A stretch of DNA of 64,000 nucleotides, taken from NCBI GenBank assembly GCA_040954595.2, contig CM082585.2, positions 6,349,808 through 6,413,807 on the forward strand, given 5' to 3'. Positions 1 to 14,100 of this stretch are shown here, one piece after another. Within the stretch, counting starts at the first letter, position 1. Each line of letters opens with the position of its first letter. The position numbers and the translations under genes were made by a program. A model generated the notes under the pieces. That model had not been told where the DNA came from. It saw only the letters and a list, made by a program, of their open reading frames with translations, and did not search any database. The stretch is from Balanoglossus misakiensis. Its lineage: Eukaryota > Animalia > Hemichordata.

Positions 1-612
1 AGTTGGAACTGTACACAGGAAATTGTCATGCTATTTGCTATCTATTATTAAAGAATGCATCTCACAATATGATTTGAATGTTTTGATGGTTTAACATTCC
101 AAGCACACAAATTGAACCCAGACTCAGAGAAAAACAAGATGAAGAGAGATACCGACTGCAAGTAACATATATTTTCATTAAAATTGTAAACGTGAGAAGT
201 TTCTGTGAGGTGACTTTTGCTGATTCAAGGTTTTCACGTCTGATTCTTATCAACAGATTGAAAACAAATTCTTCAAAAACATTTTACTAGATGAAAACAG
301 CAAACAGCCATCACTGAGAAAGAGTACTTATACTATAGACCGATCTTGTCAGCTCTGTGAACAACAGCATTTGGTTTTGATTGTTGATTTCCTTGAAAGC
401 ATTTGTTTTTACTTCAGTTTTATCTATCACCAAAGTGATTTACTTGATAAATATTCCAGTGGAAAAAAACAAAGCCCCAAGCTGAGTAAATTATTACTGT
501 CAACAAGGGTTAATCAGTAAGGGCAGGGACTTAGGGGGAGGGACTTGTGAAAACAAGGTAGGGGTTTAGCATGTTGGAAGTGTGAAGATTTAGTATTTGC
601 CATAATCTGTCA

Positions 613-655
613 GTCTGACCATAGACCCTAGTTTCTGTAGGGTCTATGGTCTGAC
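613..655. mobile_element. Tiny hairpin insertion (CATAGAC...GTCTATG, 620-648) with a 7-bp direct repeat GTCTGAC
   Basis: Inverted arms CATAGACCCTA/TAGGGTCTATG, flanked on both sides by GTCTGAC. Confidence 0.6.
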
Positions 656-3600
656 TGTTTTTAGCATGAATGGAGAATCTTCTAGTTCTCATCCGTATAT
701 TGCTGTCATTTCTGTGATTGCATGCGGATTGCGCATGTTGTTTTCTTTCGCGTGCTTCTTCAAAACTGGGGGTAGGAGAGGGGAGGGGGTGAGGTGTACC
801 CCCCCCCCCCCCATACATTTTAGTTCTCGTGGAAAAAGTATGAACTACAAGCCTCATGACTAGGGTCAGGTTCGGATTTATTTGGATAATCTTAGCCCCT
901 TGTGTTTGCATGTACTTATGGCAGTTTAATGCGCCATGCCATATATGTGACGTCTGCCATAAACGTCTCCTTGTAAGCGGTCATATTCTGAAGAAAAAAT
1001 GTCAATCATATCGTCCGAGATCTTTGGTCTAAGACAGTAGGCTGTGCAAAAATGACCTGAATACCCAAGGGTAGGTGTTTTACTCACTATCAGATCTGAT
1101 CAAGGGGAGATATGCTTTTACAAGTGTTGTTGCTCTTTCAGAATATGAAGAAATTATGATGGGATTGTATATCGCTGGAAATAAAAGGCTTTTTTAAAAT
1201 GTCAAACCACCATCTGCGTTGTGTGGGTTCATAGAAGTTGAGCATATCATGGTTTATCAGGACATCCTGTTTAGTGTGAGCGCTGGGAATTATTATGTGA
1301 CAAGTCTGAGAAATTATGTAAGGGTTCTTAAATCAGGGGGAAGCAACAAAAATAAAGCTCTTGTTATTTCGACAAGTAATGACTGGAGTACTTTTGACCC
1401 AGTTTATCAGTGCATCAGTGGCGCAGGATGCAGGAGGCATATCTGATAAGGTTGAGGAGCGTTTTGCAGTTTGCTCTCTCTGTGGTTGCCCGGTTACGCT
1501 GTGTCAATATTTGATCGGCAATAAGGCAAACATAACTGCTTTGCATTACCAAATCTGAGAGCACCGAAAAAAAATGTGACCTGTGGGGATCATGATGTCA
1601 GAGGTTGATGTATAAACTCAGGCGGTAGGAGGTTGCGTTTAGAGCTTTGCTTTCAACACCAAATTTGTCGGACATCATCTGTGGGATTCCACTTACAAGT
1701 CAGATCTTCCTATCAAATGGACCTGCATGGAGACACACTGAAACTGAACCCTCACATGGAGCCAATCTCCCGTAATTTCAAATTCTAATATTGACTCGTG
1801 GTGAAAAACAGCCATGAGTGAATATATCTGTCGAGAGAAAAATCGTAAAAAAAATACTGCATAGACAAAATATGCTAGTGATCATCAACGTTGCATATAA
1901 TTAGTTCCAACTGGACAAAGCCCTGAATGGAACATCGATCGAGTTCCATCCATGCATGTATCCGTCCATCTGGAGTAAATACTGAGACATGCCTAAACTG
2001 ATTTCTTTCAAAGATATTACAAGGACGAGAGACTATGAGGTACATGTGTAGCGTAATTTGTTTTGGATGAAAATCAAGATGTCCCCCAGGAGTCAGTCTT
2101 TTCATCTGTTGCTTTTTTCTGCTTCTGCAGCCATTGCTCTGACATGCCTGAGCAGACAGATATCGGTACAAGGACGAAACCTTAATTTGTTTTTGGATGC
2201 GAGCCAGTTCGGCTGACTGGCGGCCATATTGGCTGTGCAGGTAGTCCCCACAAAGCAGCCTGCATTCCCAGACTTGATTTCTGCGATGTTCAGTTGCCAG
2301 TGTGGTGATACCATCCAGAATGGCCTCACGTCATTCACAGACATTCATGCCCAGAGTTGCGACTCAAACTTGCTGGATTAGTTGAAAATTAAAAAAATAC
2401 ACTTCATCCATTAGATATCTGTTGATTTCCACTACTGTCATGTCAGATTCAAACTTCAAACGATCATAGTATGCATTGGATATGTCAGATACAGAAATAG
2501 AATTCTTCAAGATTATCTCAACATCAATGACATTGCACTGGCAGGGTAATATTGTGGACTGCTCTCGCCTTCATTGCCCATCTTGAATAAATCTGTCCAG
2601 TCTACTGACTGCAACAGAGCGTGTTTGTCATCAGCATCAACACGGTCATCACAGTTTGCCATTAAGTGATACGCAGCCTCTCATTATTAAAACGCTACCG
2701 GCTACAAGCAAGCAAATACTGCGTGATATGATATGAAACCCGAACTGTAGTGTTTCCAGAAACGAAGACTGTCTTGGTTCAGAGGTGGGGCGTAGTCGAG
2801 TTACGTATCAGCGTCGGCGAACTTCAAAGAAAGTGTCGTGACGTGTCCCTCGGTTGAAACAGAGTAGCATTGACGGGATTTGTAGGGGAAAGGGCTTCTG
2901 GGGAAAAGTGATCCTTTGACAGAAGGTCTAATAATATCTTCTTCGGCCGGGAAAAGAAGTGGAAGTATTTGACGCGAGCAAACTGTGTAAAAGTTTAAAA
3001 GACAATGGGTGGAAGGAAGAGGGGAAGTTGTGTTACGTTATGGAAAAGGATGTGCTGAGAATATCTGATGAAATAAACTGTGTCAGTTGTCACCGGAAAG
3101 GGGGGAGGGGGGGGGGGGGGAAGTAGAACGTGGTTGCAGACACTGAGTTATCACGGACGAAAGTTTACAGGAAATGTGTAGTCGAGAGATGCCAACACCC
3201 TGTTGAAAATATTGAAAAGGAAACCTAGTGAAAAGTTGGTTGTTTCAGCATTTGCTTCCCGGTGGCTGATTTTGTCAAGGGGACTTTGTCTGAGAGACTG
3301 TAATTGGGGCTTTTGCACTGGAAGATATAGCACCCCCTAGCTATGTACGTCATTGGTACACACACCCCCATTGCATACCCCCAGTGGTCGTGTATACTCT
3401 GTGGAGGTTGAATATACAACCTCTAAATATTTGCATCGGGAAGCACCAAATGTAATAACAAAATCATCAATTTTATTCTATGCTGTCACAAGGATTTGGC
3501 ACAATGTACTCTGAAAATCTGAGAGCTCTCGAACCGGACAATTTAAAATAAATAAGCCCAAAGGGAAAAAGAGATTTGATAAAAATAGAAGCATATATCC

Positions 3601-6600
3601 ACACCAAGTCAGAATATTGGAGTATTATTCATGTAAAAGAAGCCGACGTGTTGAAAATCCACTGTATCACGTGCGAAAAGCCTTAAAAAGCATTTTGTAA
3701 TATTGAAATAGTTTGGTGAACAGGAAAGGGGCAGGCAGACTCGATCAACCAGAGAATGTTATGTGCTGAGCCATTAAAGACCAAATACATACACACATGT
3801 GTTTAATACCCACATTAGATGTGATGTAATATTTGTAATTATGATTTCATTGGCCTGATGTATATCCACAAATGCGTGGGATTATGTATGTTGGCACAGT
3901 ATGTTGACAGTTTAAATACCGATTCTTGAGCTGAAAGGCGCTGTTTATTACTGGTTGATTCATGTTATTATCTGATTACCCAGGGGTAGTGCCCAGTGGC
4001 CATAGTAGCCAGTTTTTTGTACATCAAACTTTGTTGTAAACAAGAGTTTTTCCCCTTTTTACAAATTAATTCATTATGGCAGATAGCAACCATTTTGTTT
4101 TAGGGTATTTTCATGTCCCAGTTCTATGTCCTTATGCATTAGAAAATACAAATTTGTCTGTCAATTTGTAATGCAGTAATGTATGATCCAATATGGCTGA
4201 CTGGCAGCCATTTTGTTTTTCACATCCAACATGGCAATTTCTTCACAATGTGAATGCACAATACATGCAAAGCAATGTGATGTAACAGCTTCACTCTTTG
4301 GATGTCTACAGTTTGGGTTTGCACAAAATCTTCAAAAAAATATCGTCAGTATCTCTGTACTGTGATAGACACACTAGCAACATACACTAATAGTGTGTCA
4401 TCAACAAGGTCTTGTTTGTGGCTTTTCTGTCCTTCACCAGTAGCATTTTGAGTCAGCACAGTGTTCGAAATTTAGTGGAAATCCAAATTATGCTGTGGCA
4501 TGCAAAATTTAGGATCCATTTGATGACAGTTAGGGTGTAGTGACCACCCATTGTTGGAGTTGAGTTGGGAGTGGTGTCCCTAGCAATAAGCATGGCGCTG
4601 AGACTTTTTGGAATCTGTGTGAAAGAAAATAAATGATGAATGTATGATAATCGGTGTCTTTTGATCCCCGCCAATACTTTGATAAGGTTTCTTGCGGTTC
4701 AACTTTATACCCACACGCCACTTAGAATGTTGACCCCAGCCAGTGCCCTGCTGGTAGATACAGTAGTGACTGCGCACATTGCCATAGCAACCAGTCAATC
4801 CTGTGGCGAACTTTGAGAGGTCAAGCCAATGAAAGATGATTTGGTGTTCTCACAATATCAGTCAGCATTCTGTTTGACCCAGCGGTCTTGATTTGAGCCG
4901 ACAGGGTCCTCCCCCCCCCCCCTTTGCTTCCATGGCAACTCCAAAATGACCACCTAGTGTTGGGAGTTATGGTTGGCCAAGATGTCTCCAGCAGAGTCTA
5001 ATTAGCCGCGGATTCATCACCCAAGGCTACCCGGAAAATGGTCTCCGTGAAATCCCGTCTTCCGCGCTCTCCCGGATCAGCACCTCTGGGAAATCAAGAT
5101 GCCGGGCATGACAGTTTGGATGTGGGAAACCGTGATGAGGGGCCGAGTTTAGAATTTCAAAGTGTGTTTGGTTTAACCAAGGTTGGCCCTGAAGCCTGGC
5201 TGCGATGAAATAGTTCTTTTCCCATGGTCTTGAAACAGAAAATTAGATTATGCAAGTTTTTTATTCAGGGCTGCCTTCAAAAAAATAGTCAGCATTGTAC
5301 ATAGGTGATCAAATTAAAACACATTTGAATGATGATATTTTCCTCGTAAAACATTCTATGTATGTGGAAGATTGTAGATTGCCGGAATATTTTGAATGCT
5401 TTTTTTTGTTCAACAGGAATTGTTTTAAACTCGCATAATGTCCTACAGTCATGCATGACTCAAAATCAAAGGTTCTAGATTAGGAAATAGTGTTCTGGAT
5501 GTGCAGAAGCACCAGTATACAGATAAGAATTATGGGATAGCTTGCTCTGTAGTCGGACTAAGCTTAATATAAAGTAGGGGGTAATCTGGCTGTGTGCTGG
5601 GGTTAAGATGGAGGAAGTCGTACGTTATTCTCCTGTAAAAAAATGGCAGCCACTACGGTTTGAACACCTGTCACAGTTGAATTGCTGTCAAGGTAGTTTA
5701 AGGACACTCACTGCTTTGATAGTGTTTGGACTACTTTATTTTATGGCTAGTCACAGACTGCTTATTCTTGTTTTATGAGCCCCCTCAGACAAAAGACTTT
5801 TAGGGGTGGTTGTGGCCCCTTAAGTTGGGGGGCTTTGAGTAGGGTCACCTCGGGTGGAAAGCTAGGGGGTATGGTCCCATCGGGGAGATGTTTTTTACGA
5901 GTGGCCAGGCACGGGTGTTCTTTGAAATTCTTTCAGAGGGGAGAGATTTTGAATAACAAACAGTTTAAGAGGGTGACTGAGGGACTGGACAAAGGGACCC
6001 CATCAGACACTTAGCGAAACTGCTGTGGGACAGTAAAGTGTTAAACGGAATGAATACATCTGTGTTTAACATTAACGACAGACTATATGCAAATTACCGA
6101 ACAATCGTGCACTTGAGGTAGCTTAATTCTCAGAAACGGTCGAAAAGACTGCTTTGATGTACGATATCCCTATGGCATGCTTAGAAAACTTGATATGTAA
6201 ATTACTTCGAGAATTCGGCTCGTGGATTACATTGCACTGAAGGGAGATATATTACCAGGTCATGGAAACCACTGCACAAAATATAAACCCAGTGCTTTAA
6301 TGATGTAAACATGGAAATGTTAAAGGTTGGATAGCAGTACTGCTGAAAAAGGAATGTTAAATTTTCCCCTGACATAATCATTTGTTCACATATTCTATTA
6401 TTAGCTGTATTGACGTGCGATTCATATGATCTCCGAACGGACTTGTGTTCTGTTTGATTAACTCGCTGACATGCCTGTAAACACATTTTAATTGAATATC
6501 CTGTTTGTAACTTTGCACAATTCCAAAAGTAATTAGCTGTTTATACATGCTGAGACAACCTGGGTATTTTTTGTCATTCTAATTCGGTCCGGCTACCTAA

Positions 6601-7502
6601 TTGTCTTCCTCTTGAAAAGCCGCGGACAAATGTCATGAACGCTCGGCTAAATTAATGTGTTTGCAGAGGTATCCAGTTTGCGCATTGGCTTGGGGGACTG
6701 GGATTGCTGATTAGTGTAGACAGAGGATTTCACTTCAGCTGGGGACTCGGGGAAAACAGTTCGGTGCAGAAACTGAGTTATGGAGTGTTCTCAGACAGAT
6801 ATCACTGTGCGAAGAAAATGCTATTTTTCAAGATCACCCAGTCTTTTCACTAACTTGGCCAGAAAGTGTGAATATTCAAAAGCGTTAAACAACAGCACTT
6901 GAAATCCCAGTTGTACTATATTACAAGAAATCACGCTACACTTCTATGGTCATTTGCTATGGGCTGCTTCGGGCAGTTTCAGTCGGCCGATAGATCAAAC
7001 TGTCTTGTGTGAAACCGGTCTGTAAGACGACTTTTTGATTGTGAAGTGTTTGACCCACGTTTCAGTCTGATTTCGTCGAACGTACACTCTGCATTCACGT
7101 TTTGAAACTTGAAAGGACAGAATAGACCGGTTGAAATTGAACCTGCCTAAGTGTGTTCCGGTAAACAGATCTCGCAGAAAAGCAACGGCACTTAAAATGA
7201 GTGTATAGGTTCCACGGTTGACGGGGAATGAGAATTTGATAAGTAGATGCCGTTGATTGCGCTTACATTATTATAAGATTACTGCAGAAATACCCGATTA
7301 CCAGTCGAGCAATCGGAGAAAATCTGTACATTTGTCTGGCCAGTCGGCTAAATGGCTCGGAGCTTTTCCGCAAAGGTGAATAATAAATGAATATTGAAGT
7401 TGTCATCGTTGTGCTGGGTGTATTTTGAATTTATCGTGACCACTGAGGTATGAGAAATCTTTGGGTGTCTGACATTTCGGCCTTGCATGCTCTTTCCATG
7501 AA

Positions 7503-7720
7503 ACACAAGAGAGTAAAAATCTCGCCAAAATGAATAAATGGTGGAGACCGATTATTCATTTTGGCGAATTTTCACTCTAGTGTCTGCAAGTGGGATGGAA
7601 GTTGTGTGTGGTCGAACGTTGATTCACTATATATCCACATGTAGAATAACATAAACGGTGTTATGTATCAAACATAATTAATAGAAAAATGGCAGCGAGA
7701 GAGAGACTTTGTCCCTTTAA
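7503..7720. mobile_element. Palindromic non-autonomous DNA transposon (TTAAAGG terminus, Kolobok/T2-MITE-like), copy 1, truncated
   Basis: About 215 bp closely similar to 38912-39132; central hairpin GCCAAAATGAATAA/TTATTCATTTTGGC; ends in CTTTGTCCCTTTAA. Confidence 0.75.
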
Positions 7721-10651
7721 TCATGGCATCCTGTGGTGGATGGTGCCAGTGAGACAGTGGGGTCGGCCCCAGACGCTGATTCATGGCTTGTGGAAGCATC
7801 CGAATTTGTGGGTGTGATTTCACCCGCACCACAATGGTTCAGGAACCACGGCCGTCGCTTACGTGTCACATGTAGCGCTTTAAAGGGGGATATATTGACA
7901 GGAAGGTCAGAGGTCACTGAACATTCATCTCGGAGAGTTTCGGTAAAACAGAAAGTGGGAATTACGGTTGGATCAAGGCCGTGTATCGCTGACAATCCTT
8001 CCGTGGATTGTGGCTCCATGGAAATGTTAGAATACTCGTTACTTTCAAGTAGCAAATTTATGTCTGTTATAGTATGATCACTTCTTATTGATTTCAGTAA
8101 GGTGGGTTTTTAACAGACTGATGAGTTGATGAAAAGTGGCATATTTGAAAATTAGAATGTAAAGGCTTGGTTGTTTGTCAGACAATGTGTCTGGCCGGAA
8201 AACTATGTGAGAGAGGTATGGCACTCAAGTCAGTAGGTGTGTTAAAGCAGGAATTCCAATGAGAACGGGACAAAAAAGAACAGGAATTTCCTGAAATTTG
8301 TCAGAGATGTTTGATACTTTACGGGTGTTTAAAAAAAGAACCAAAATAGTCAGGGTTACTAAAATTAAATGGGGGACCAGCTTTTTAGGAATTTGAATAT
8401 TTGAAATTCAAAAGGTGTTACTTCACAGCCTGTTTCACAAAAATAATCATGTCATTCATTGTAATAAGATCTACTGTCAAAGACAGCAGTCAAAATTGTT
8501 AAAAGGAATTTATTTTGATAAAATCTGACCGAAATTTGCCATTTGCCATGTTTTATCAAAGCAGCCATCTTTATGGATTATTCAAAATAATAATCTCTAA
8601 TGACTACTTTATATATTTATGAAGCAAATAAAGATATATGTGTATTACATGTATAAAATTTGCAGTTAGTTAAACAAATATGTATGCATTTATTTAAGAA
8701 AAAATAAAATGTTTTACTAACCAATTAATAGACATTTCATATCATTCTTAACAAAAATAGTACCTTGGAGATTTAAAAAGAGAGAGAGCACACATGCACA
8801 GTAATACTGTGGTAATTACCTAATTGAAAATTAAAATAGTCTAGATAAAAATAATTTAGCATATGATCAGTAATTTATGTAAATAAATTGATGGCTAATA
8901 GCCAGCTATAAATTATTTAATTTTGGTCTTATAATGACTAGCAGTTAATAGTGAAGTGAAAATGGCCATTTTCTGTTTACTCAGAGAATCAATAAACAGA
9001 ATGGAAGGGGATGTAATAAGAGCCACGACGACCTGGTCATGTCTAGATCCCATTGATCAGCCAGGCAGAAACATACCGCAGCCAGTGAAACCGGTTTGTG
9101 TAAGGGCAGGGCCATTTAACTATTGGAGGGAGGGGGAGGGGCTTGGTGATTTTTAAAGGAAGAGTGTTCCCGGGAAAATGTATGTTTGCAGTAGAAGGAA
9201 AGGGTTTCCACTTTTGAAATATGTCGTTTAAATAAACCCCCCCCCAACCCCGAACATTTGCTTTTGGATCAACATTCAGTACCTCATAAACCCCTATCCT
9301 CCCCACCACTATCAAATGACTCACCCCTAATGCTTCGACTCCGACTGCAGATAATGCTCGGCTATTCTACTCTACTGCTTTTACTTAGTTAAATAGTGCA
9401 TCATTTCCTGTCGCATTGCAAATAATTGATGATGGGCTGCGATGTCATTTGGATCGCCAAAGTGAACGCTGCATTGTGCCGGACCAAATGTGGACTCTTT
9501 TTTAAGTGGGAAAAAAAATGCCACCGCGAGTTCAAAGTTGTCCACCACTAATGCTTTTATAGACTTCATCAATCGATTGTCCATAATCGTAAAAAACAAT
9601 CATGTGGGACTTGGGAGTTTTTGAGTCAAAATGACGCAATTTGTAAAATCAGCTTATCTTATGAAGTGTAGTATGTCTTGAGGTCCAGCTGGGGCAGTCT
9701 GCAACTTACAATGGTTACAGAACTCCAGTCTATCTTTTCATACCTCTCCATGAAAAATATAGTTGTGTAACTTTAGGAAAGTACAACTGTATTACAATTA
9801 TTATCGCTGACTGGTTACAGGGGATTCTTCGCCATAGTTACATACTCACATCAACTTACAAGTAAAATTGCAAAATCTGACATTATTATAAACTTTAATT
9901 ATTAATTCCTACTTCCACATCGCAGCATGTCTTGAAGACTTCACTGTCGATGTTTACCGTATTCGCCATTAATATGCTTCTTGCATTACACTGACCTTGA
10001 ACTAGCCAATGCCATTAACAGGTCACAATGGCTGTAGATAAAACACCTTGATAAGAAAAATAAACCAAATTAAAACAAAGGTATCATCTAACAGACCGGT
10101 GATAGAATTGTTTATAAATTTATATAGGGTGTCTAAGCATGGACCTTGTCCTTCATCAGTCTCTCAAATTGCATAAACAGGTAAAGCAATTCAAAGCGGA
10201 AAAAACTGCTATCTACATAGGTATGTTGATGGAGTGGGGTTTTATGCAGCCCGTGAGATCGCAAGATTGCTGGAGTTATGCCATTAAAACTAGTGACACC
10301 TACCTGTCAAGCATAGAGTGGGGGTTCATAGCACAGTCGGGAAAACTAACCTTAGTGAAGGAAGCTTTTCACACCTACTAAGTCGTCAAAACTGTCCCCA
10401 TTAAAATTGAGGATAGGGGCCACAACATCTCTCCTCAACTGTGATATCGCAGATGAAAAATCCTTTCAACCCTGTGGACTGTCCATCAATACCATTGAAA
10501 CCTGTGAGGTTGCTTTGGACCCACGGTACGACGATGATAATTTTCATTATCCGAAACCGTCAAAATGTCTCCAAGCAAGATAAAACCCCAGTGTTCTGTG
10601 CTGCGTTGGACCATCACAGGTTAAAACAGAAGTGGACAAGTCTTGAAAAAT

Positions 10652-10744
10652 TTAACCCTTTCACCACCATAGTTCAGTCCAAATCCATCGTTTTCTGTGG
10701 CAAGGTTAGACCTCGAAAGAGGGATCTGGGGGTGAAAGGGTTAA
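10652..10744. mobile_element. About 90-bp TTAA-flanked MITE (TIR CCCTTTCACC, piggyBac-like ends)
   Basis: TTAA-CCCTTTCACC...GGTGAAAGGG-TTAA; further copies in the opposite orientation near 58136 and 58731. Confidence 0.75.
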
Positions 10745-10805
10745 ATATTACTTATTGCTTTGACCACATATTAAATGACATCTTTTCTTTTCTATGTTTT
10801 TGCAG

Positions 10806-11197
10806 ATTTTTTCAAAGAGCTTTTGGATAAAGCTGAACGCGATCTGCACGAGATGTTCGTTCGTACGTACGGCTTACTCTACCAACAGAATTCCTACGTG
10901 TTTGCGGACTTATTTGAGAATTTGAGAAGCTACTACAATGGCGAAGACATGGACCTCTTGGAGGCGCAAAACGATTTCTTCATCACGTTGTTTCAAAAGA
11001 TGTTCCAGCTGTTAAATACGCAGTATAGTTTCGACGACTCGTACATGTCGTGTGTTAGCGAGTACGTCGACGAGTTGAAGCCTTTCGGAGACGTGCCCCA
11101 CAAGCTGTCGCTTCAGATCAACCGAGCGTTCATAGCAGCCAGGACGTTCGTGCAGGGTTTGGCGATCGGAGCCGACGTGGCTGAACGAGTGGCCCAG
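10806..11197 (+). CDS. GPC4/6: Glypican internal exon (392 bp)
   Basis: tttttgcAG acceptor, GTaggt donor; encodes [23 protein letters not shown]...VAERVAQ. Confidence 0.95.
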
Positions 11198-14100
11198 GTA
11201 GGTTCGAATAAATTATAAACTTTAAAGCTCCCTAACTTTTCACTATGTTTTCAGTAGTTTTGTTTGGTGTATCTACTGCAGTTTCTTGTTCAAATCCCTG
11301 AAGCATGATGAAATGCCCAGTATCCAGCTTATCAAAACCACCTATAGTCAAAATTTGAATCCAAGTCTGGACTAGAATTCATCTGTTAACAATGGCTGTT
11401 ACATAAAAACAGGCTATGCTGACAAGCAGAGTACTGGTTATTTTAGCATGCTGTTTGGAGTAGAACAAGAAATTGCATTTGGTACACAGAACAAAAATAC
11501 TGAAAATAAAGCCAAAAGTTTTCATTTAAAAATCTCTGATGACACGGAGGGCTCTTTAAAACATCTGCCAACTACTTCCATTGGCTCAGAGAAAAATGAA
11601 CACATCCTTAACTTCAGAGAATATTTTTTTGGCAAATTCCATTAAGGCATGTAAAAATCTTCCTCGTATGGAAAATGGAAACATCCTTCAAAAATGTCAT
11701 TGGGTCATTCCTTAAATCCCTCTTCTCTGTATTTAAAAACAACAATCCTCGACATTCTAATCAAGCATTTGTTTTTAAGAGTTCGCTAAGACAAGATAAG
11801 TAGCAAGTCTCTGAAATTTCAGACTGCTTCAGGCTCCTTCACTCCAGAAGTTATTATCCTAATGGTTTGCGTATGATGACCTATGTTCCGAGACACTCAG
11901 TGGGAATATTGTAGATTATACCTTCAGAGAAAATACATCTTTTTTATCAGTGACGTAAAAAGATTATCCAGAACAGAGTGGGTCTATTATTTTACTTGAT
12001 ATCCAAGTCTGACAAAAAACCTTTGACGCAAACAGGTCACTAATGTCATTGTATACTGTTAAGATGGCATGCACATCCTGAAAGTAAAGTGATTTTATTT
12101 TAAATAATAGTGCAAAGTACGGTTCACATAAATTTCAGTTAATCTCAGATCTCTGCACGGAATATTTCTGAAACAATCTCGTCATTTCTTGGAGGGAAAA
12201 ACAGGGTAATATCCTATGGGATGATTTTACTAAATTTGTTTTAATCAGGCGATTATCAAGAGAGCGATAGTTGATGAATTGTGTGATTATTCTAAAATCT
12301 AGCTATCGGCTGAACGGGGAGTGGAAAGTCCTGCATCCGTATTGGCTGATTACGGCACAGCGGTGTGTTCTGATGATGCCTACAGCAACATTTGCTGATA
12401 AATCTTCATATCTACATGGTAGTACCTACATATGCTCCTACCTGCAGTCATATTGAATGATTCAGCTTGGAAACCACTAGACTGTGAATGTACGATAAGT
12501 GTGGTCGTATTACCATAGGCATATCAGGGTGTTCATACCTATTTGCAGATAATAACTGCAGCCTTATCGGCAGATTCATGTTTCTGCATCTGCAGATGAC
12601 AGCTTGAGAACTACTGGTAGATAGGGGCTCATATCCATTTTCACATTATAAAACCTACCAGCCGTATTGACAGATAGTTGCTTATAAATCTGCAGGTGAC
12701 ATACAGCAATACTGGCAGCTAGCTGTTTATGCATCTGTAGATGAATTAGGCTGTTGCGCTACTGGTAGATAGGTATTCCTGTCTGTTCGCAGATGATACC
12801 TACAAACCAGGCAGATAAATTCAAATACATTTGTGGCAGCCATTTTGAGCAGATTTCAGCAGATAGCTTCAACCATGTTGGTAGACAGATTCCCCCACCT
12901 ACATGCAATGAAGATGACAGCTACAACCCTGTTAGCATTTAGCTTTGTACGATTAGGAGACATACTAGGGTAGTTACTCAAAACCACAAGATATGCGCCT
13001 AATTCAGAGAAAACAATGCAATGTGAAGCTGACCTTGGGCAAATGTAAACTTTGCTGGAGAAGAGGATTGTGCGATATTTGGTTTAACCGAGATGCGCTG
13101 CCATGGTTACAGCACACCGTCTTGTGGAGGGGGCCGTCGAACAACTGGACTGGCTAATTGGAAATGTCAGTGGGTACTGCATTCGGGTCATTTGATCGCT
13201 AATGCATAACACGGATTTTCAAGTGTATTTCAGTCTTAACACGGCTTTGTATTCAGGATGGGGTCTGAGTGCACTACACAAGAGGGATGGTAAAAACTGA
13301 GATGAAATTGCACAGAAACTGAACATTTTTTGACAATTCTCTGTGTCATTATTTACAACATGCAAAATTTTGTGCTTTGTAATGAGTCTTTGTAATGTTT
13401 TTGGAACCTCAGCTCAACTCGAACTCTCTTAACTGATTTACAAATTGTAATGCACTGGACCGCAATTGTACTGGTCAATGCTGATCTCCTCATTTCTGGT
13501 GCAGCCACCGAACGAAATTGTGAGATTAGTCCTCCAACAGAGCCGGTTTTCGAATCCTAGTTAAGTTGTTCCACCATTGTCCGGTGGAGATGTGTACTTT
13601 GGAGCGACACAAAGCACCGAACAAGCCACTCAGTTGTCGCGCACAAAGCCCTCTGGGTCAAAGGTCAGTGTTTGCCCGCAAGCAGTATACCGCGCGCAAC
13701 AAAGCGGGGAATGGTGATAGAGAAAAGCTTGACAACTACTTGTGAAGGGTTTGCGTCTAAGTGATAGAATTCTCAGGAGGGTATATACTGTATAGCTTGC
13801 AGTGTACAGAGACGGTCGAACTCCACGGATGAGAGAAATCTGGGCATTAAGATGCAACTAACATAGACAAGGGCACAGGTGGGAAACGCGTTGTCTGAAT
13901 TGAGCGTCGTAAAGTACAGGATAGTACATGAGAATCTCTGACGTTATGCGAACGCCAAATGGTCAGAAAACGAAACAGTCTTAAATTATGGCGGAATCGT
14001 TAATTGTCTGTGAACGAGCTGTCTTTGGAGAAATGTGAAGAAGTTGAGTTGTGTGGACTGTTTACTAATACTGCAGATCTTCAGAAGTTCGCGTTTTGTC

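Noticed and set aside
3099-3120. Poly-G run as a functional G-quadruplex (also poly-C near 799 and 61618)
   Set aside because: Simple homopolymers are common throughout this window and there is no evidence of function.
1-10805. Glypican exons 1-2 (signal peptide and the C-x5-CC segment)
   Set aside because: I found no matching exon. They are probably upstream of the window, although a divergent exon could have been missed.
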